Below are positions 60,039 to 64,000 of a stretch of DNA of 64,000 bases, in pieces. A model generated the notes under the pieces. It searched no databases. It saw only the letters and a list, made by a program, of their open reading frames with translations, and was not told where the DNA came from. Every line of letters starts with the position of its first letter. The first letter of the stretch is position 1. The DNA is taken from positions 11,067 through 75,066 of the forward strand of contig JAHPZI010000026.1 in NCBI GenBank assembly GCA_019058295.1. The letters are read 5' to 3'. The stretch comes from Promethearchaeota archaeon (lineage in GTDB: Archaea > Asgardarchaeota > Lokiarchaeia > Sigyniarchaeales > SOKP01). A program made the position numbers and the translations under genes.

Positions 60039-63000
60039 TTAGAATAAAAATCTACCACAATTTGAACAAGTTTTTTGTGTTAATTCGTTTAATTGTCCAC
60101 AAGATTTACAAATCTTCTGCTCTAACATTTTTAAAGCTAACTCAGAATTAATTTCGCTATTGTCCTTATCAAGTAAGTTTAATACGTATGCTTTGATCTG
60201 ACTATTGTTTGGTTCAGGTACACCGTTTTTTAAGCAATCAATCATTAAATCCAAAGCTTCTATGAAATTTCCATCTGCTAATATCTTTTGAATCGTACTT
60301 GTTTTTAATAATTCACTATGACCCTCAGGAGAAAATGGAGATTTAGCTGGAGGTAAATTATTAAAAATATAATCTTTTATTCTTAATTTAAAATTACTTA
60401 ATTCAGAATCAATTAATTTAAAATCACTAAATTTAATATCTTTTTTGAGAGTTGATGATTTTTCTTCTACTTGAGCCCCGCATATAGTACAAAAATAATC
60501 TTCTAATGAGACTTGATTTCCACACTTTTTACATATTCTAACATATTTCATTTCCTCCGTTTTCAAGCTTTCCTCCTTTTGAATATTTAGATCTGATTTT
60601 AATGTAGATGGAGGCCTCTCAACTCTTTCATCATTAAAAATTTTTTTTCTTGGAGTATACTCTTTACTGATGGTTTTTTTTGATCCTCTTTTTTTGACTA
60701 AAATAATTATAGTTGTGGCACCGAGAACACCGACACCTAAAATTATTAAGATTATAATCATATTTATTAAAGCTTGATTATCATGAGATTTTTTACTGTC
60801 ATCATCATCATCATCACCACCACCATTAGTTATTTTTGGGATTGTAAAAGTGAACGTATTAGACCAATTACTTTTGAATTTACCATAATTAGCACGAACA
60901 CGCCAATAATATTGACCTCCCGGTAATTGTAAATTAATTAAAATACTGGTATTGATAGAGGTCTCAGGAATTTGTGTTTGTTCAATTTTTATGGTTGAAA
61001 AATCAAAGTTATTAGAAATCTGCAAAGTATAACTTATTGGTCCAAAAGGAGGTTCTAAACTCGTCCAAGAAAAGTTATTCCATCCATTGTTTAAAATACT
61101 AGTATCCAAGGGACTTAAAAGATTCAATTCTGATGAAGATCCAATTGAATATACTTTTACATCATCAACTAACCAACCTCTATAATCATTTACGAATTCA
61201 TCAAGAGTCTCAAAAAAGAATCTTATTTGTACAGAAGAATTTCCGCAATAACTTGAAATATTAATAACTTCCCGCTGCCATGCTGGAAGAACATTCATAT
61301 AATCCTCATAAAGAAGATCCCAAGTAAAGCCATCAATAGATATATATACTCTCGAAACATCCCAGGGTGCTGCTTCTTCTACTATTCTCCAATGATAAAA
61401 CTCTAAAATAGCGTTTGTGACTGTAGATAAGTCAAAGGATACAGAAGTTATATTTCCAGCCTCAGGAGATCCTGTATCATAATTTCCTGTTGATTCATTT
61501 CCAAACCACATCGAATGTTCATAAGAATGGTAAGGATCAGACCAAGAGCTGCCACTATCTGTTAAATTCCATAATCCTGTAACAGTTACCCATTTTGCTA
61601 AACCACTTTCAAAGTCGTCTTGAAAAAGCATTATATTTTGAGTTAAATCTACGAAAGGATTAACTTCCGGGCCTATAATCCATCCAGTTGAATTCGTGAA
61701 AACTCCATCCGAACAATTAATTTGAAATTTATAAAAACCCCAAGGTAATGTAGTATTATAGTAGTAAAGGATTCCATCTATCGCATTGAAATCTAAAGGA
61801 TCTGCTTTTTTCATTAAAAAAGTACCAGTATTGTTTATTGTTATCTTAACATAAATGGGAGGATTGTTGTCTTGGTCAGAATATACTACTGTAAAGTTAA
61901 ACATTGTCAATTGCGAACCAGAAAGAGGTATAACTTCTTCAGATGTGAGATTGGGAGTGAAATTGTTCAGGATTAAGTTAAATGTATAAACTTCAGACCA
62001 ATTACTTTTTAATATACCATAATTAGCACGAACACGCCAGAAATATAAATCAGCAACGAGATCAACATCTATTTCCACAGTAGTTTTAACAGGAGTTTCG
62101 AGAATTTTAGTCTTCTCGATATTAACAAACGTAAAATCAGAAGTATTAGAGATCTGCAGAGTATAATTTACTGGTCCACAAGGAAGTTCTAAACTCGTCC
62201 AAGAAAAGTTATTCAATCCATTGAATACATTGGAATCATAACTTGGCTCTAATAGGTTAATTTTAGATCCTCCTGGCTTGAAATTCTTTAATGCGGTATA
62301 AACTAACGAGTTATAATATAATTGAGTTTCTTCCGCTGTCCATGATCCTCCCCAATCATATACACAACAGTGAGTAAGATAAATAGCTCTTCCTAATCCC
62401 GTCATCCCTCCTTCATGGAATATTACGGCACCTCCATCAAAAGTGCTTGAAAGATCTCCTATTGGAGCACCCACATAAACCGCCGCAAGTTCACCAAGAT
62501 CAGATTGGTTTAATTCCCACCCAGATAGATAATAACCATTATAGTTTTCCATTGGAGAAATTAAGTTATTAAATAACATTGTAGAGTCGTATCCATAATT
62601 TAGAGGATCAATATCAAGTGTGTTAACTTGGTTAAACATACCAGTGGTCATTGTAGAATCCATCCCAAATACAGGGGCCAATAACATATTATTTATCGCA
62701 TCATAAAATGTAGATGCAGAGGCTACTATTCCTTTTCCTTGTTGCACATATTGGCGTATGGCATTGATCTCCGCTACTGTAAAATCCCAGGCACCCCAAG
62801 CGTCCGAAAGAACAATTACATCAGCACCAGTATTCACAATATCAGTATATGTTATTCCATCAAAATTTAATGTAGTATAATCAATTGTAACATTATAAGT
62901 TCCATATGTATTCCAGTTTGTATTTATCTCATCCCATAAACCCGTATATGGTGCATCACTTCCTACTGAATCCAATATTACAATTTTAATTGTATCGGTA

Positions 63001-64000
63001 CCACCCGTGATATTATAAAATGGATTAACTTCTGGGCCTATAATCCATCCAGTTGAATTCGTGAAAACACCATCCGAACAATTAATTTGAAATTTATAAT
63101 AACCCCAAGGTAATGTAGTATTATAGTAGTAAAGTATTCCATCTGTCGCATTGAAATCCAAAGGATTTACTTTTTCCATTAAAAATGTGCCAGTATCATT
63201 TATTGTTATGTTGATAATGGTGAGTTGATTATTCTCTATATCATAGTACCACACAGTAAAATTAAACAGAGTAGAATTATCTCCAATGGAAGGATTTAAA
63301 TCTGGATTAATAAGGGTTGGTGCAATTAGGTTAATTTCTGTTACTTCTAAATTATCATAGAGGATAGTAGAATTAGCATATTTCCCGTCATAGCAGATAA
63401 AAGAATAGGTATAATTGAACGCTGCTTGAGATAATTTAGTTAAATATTGGAAAATACAACCATCTATATAATCCGTATCTAAGGGATTTACTTGACTCAT
63501 CGAATAAGAGGTACCATTTATAGTTACATAAACATAAATGGGAGGATTGTTGTCTTGGTCAGAATATACTACTGTAAAGTTAAATATTGTCAACTGCGAA
63601 CCAGAAAGAGGTTTAACTTCTTCAGATGTGAGATTGGGTGCAAAATTGTTAATGATTAAATTAAATGTAAAAACTTCAGACCAATTATGATAAAATGGAC
63701 CATAAGTGGGACGGATTCTCCAATAGTATTGATCTGCCGCTAAATTTAAATCTATGAGTATACTGGTATTATCGGGCGTTTCTGGAATATTCAATTCTTC
63801 AATATTAATTACTGAAAAGTCTATTTGATTCGAGATTTGAAGAGTATAATTACAAGCACCAAAATATGCATCTAAGCTATCCCAAGTGAAGTTATTCAAT
63901 CCATTGAATACATTGGAATCATTAATTGGTTCTAATAGGTTAATCTTAGATCCTCCTGGCTTGAAATTCTTTAATGCGGTATAAACTAACGAGTTATAAT
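60039..64000 (-). CDS. Very large modular single-pass surface protein with cytoplasmic zinc ribbons (5' end outside window)
   Basis: Frame open to the window edge; FN3/Ig-like modules, DDFESG...GWLVDDV jelly-roll-like module, poly-Asp, TM, CKKC/CTIC and CKSC/CSNC. Confidence 0.85.
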   Translation of the reverse strand, partial: YNSLVYTALKNFKPGGSKINLLEPINDSNVFNGLNNFTWDSLDAYFGACNYTLQISNQIDFSVINIEELNIPETPDNTSILIDLNLAADQYYWRIRPTYGPFYHNWSEVFTFNLIINNFAPNLTSEEVKPLSGSQLTIFNFTVVYSDQDNNPPIYVYVTINGTSYSMSQVNPLDTDYIDGCIFQYLTKLSQAAFNYTYSFICYDGKYANSTILYDNLEVTEINLIAPTLINPDLNPSIGDNSTLFNFTVWYYDIENNQLTIINITINDTGTFLMEKVNPLDFNATDGILYYYNTTLPWGYYKFQINCSDGVFTNSTGWIIGPEVNPFYNITGGTDTIKIVILDSVGSDAPYTGLWDEINTNWNTYGTYNVTIDYTTLNFDGITYTDIVNTGADVIVLSDAWGAWDFTVAEINAIRQYVQQGKGIVASASTFYDAINNMLLAPVFGMDSTMTTGMFNQVNTLDIDPLNYGYDSTMLFNNLISPMENYNGYYLSGWELNQSDLGELAAVYVGAPIGDLSSTFDGGAVIFHEGGMTGLGRAIYLTHCCVYDWGGSWTAEETQLYYNSLVYTALKNFKPGGSKINLLEPSYDSNVFNGLNNFSWTSLELPCGPVNYTLQISNTSDFTFVNIEKTKILETPVKTTVEIDVDLVADLYFWRVRANYGILKSNWSEVYTFNLILNNFTPNLTSEEVIPLSGSQLTMFNFTVVYSDQDNNPPIYVKITINNTGTFLMKKADPLDFNAIDGILYYYNTTLPWGFYKFQINCSDGVFTNSTGWIIGPEVNPFVDLTQNIMLFQDDFESGLAKWVTVTGLWNLTDSGSSWSDPYHSYEHSMWFGNESTGNYDTGSPEAGNITSVSFDLSTVTNAILEFYHWRIVEEAAPWDVSRVYISIDGFTWDLLYEDYMNVLPAWQREVINISSYCGNSSVQIRFFFETLDEFVNDYRGWLVDDVKVYSIGSSSELNLLSPLDTSILNNGWNNFSWTSLEPPFGPISYTLQISNNFDFSTIKIEQTQIPETSINTSILINLQLPGGQYYWRVRANYGKFKSNWSNTFTFTIPKITNGGGDDDDDDSKKSHDNQALINMIIILIILGVGVLGATTIIILVKKRGSKKTISKEYTPRKKIFNDERVERPPSTLKSDLNIQKEESLKTEEMKYVRICKKCGNQVSLEDYFCTICGAQVEEKSSTLKKDIKFSDFKLIDSELSNFKLRIKDYIFNNLPPAKSPFSPEGHSELLKTSTIQKILADGNFIEALDLMIDCLKNGVPEPNNSQIKAYVLNLLDKDNSEINSELALKMLEQKICKSCGQLNELTQKTCSNCGRFLF
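61657..64000. repeat. Intragenic near-identical direct repeats
   Basis: 61657-61844 ~ 63022-63209 (offset 1365); 61848-62004 ~ 63531-63687 and 62205-62317 ~ 63888-64000 (offset 1683). Confidence 0.9.

Noticed and set aside
1-64000. CRISPR arrays, tRNA/rRNA genes, IS elements, integrases, DGR or known defence systems
   Set aside because: No spaced repeats, GC-rich structured RNA segments, transposase, integrase or reverse transcriptase motifs seen by eye

Overview
AT-rich, gene-dense archaeal chromosome segment, most likely from an Asgard archaeon of the Lokiarchaeia/Promethearchaeota type. This assignment is inferred from gene content: an actin-related protein, a roadblock protein, a longin-like protein, an LRR protein, Loki-CTERM-like sorting tails, the archaeal Sm-rpl37e pair, PINA and an EndA subunit. 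I saw no rRNA, tRNA, CRISPR array, transposase or integrase. Highlights: (1) an 84-aa ubiquitin-fold protein missed by the ORF track, starting at ATT and ending in a SUMO-like DVIxVxxxQxGG-Y precursor tail; an E1-like gene 6.5 kb away also needs an ATT start; (2) a tandem surface protein with a GPS/GAIN-like HLS autoproteolysis motif at the junction of its two halves; (3) an actin-related protein with substituted catalytic residues and two inserted zinc ribbons; (4) a TetR-flanked glycyl radical enzyme and FAD oxidoreductase whose promoters share a 28/30 bp element; (5) several microproteins, pseudo-enzymes and duplication scars. All family calls come from motif recognition by eye; no database searches were run.
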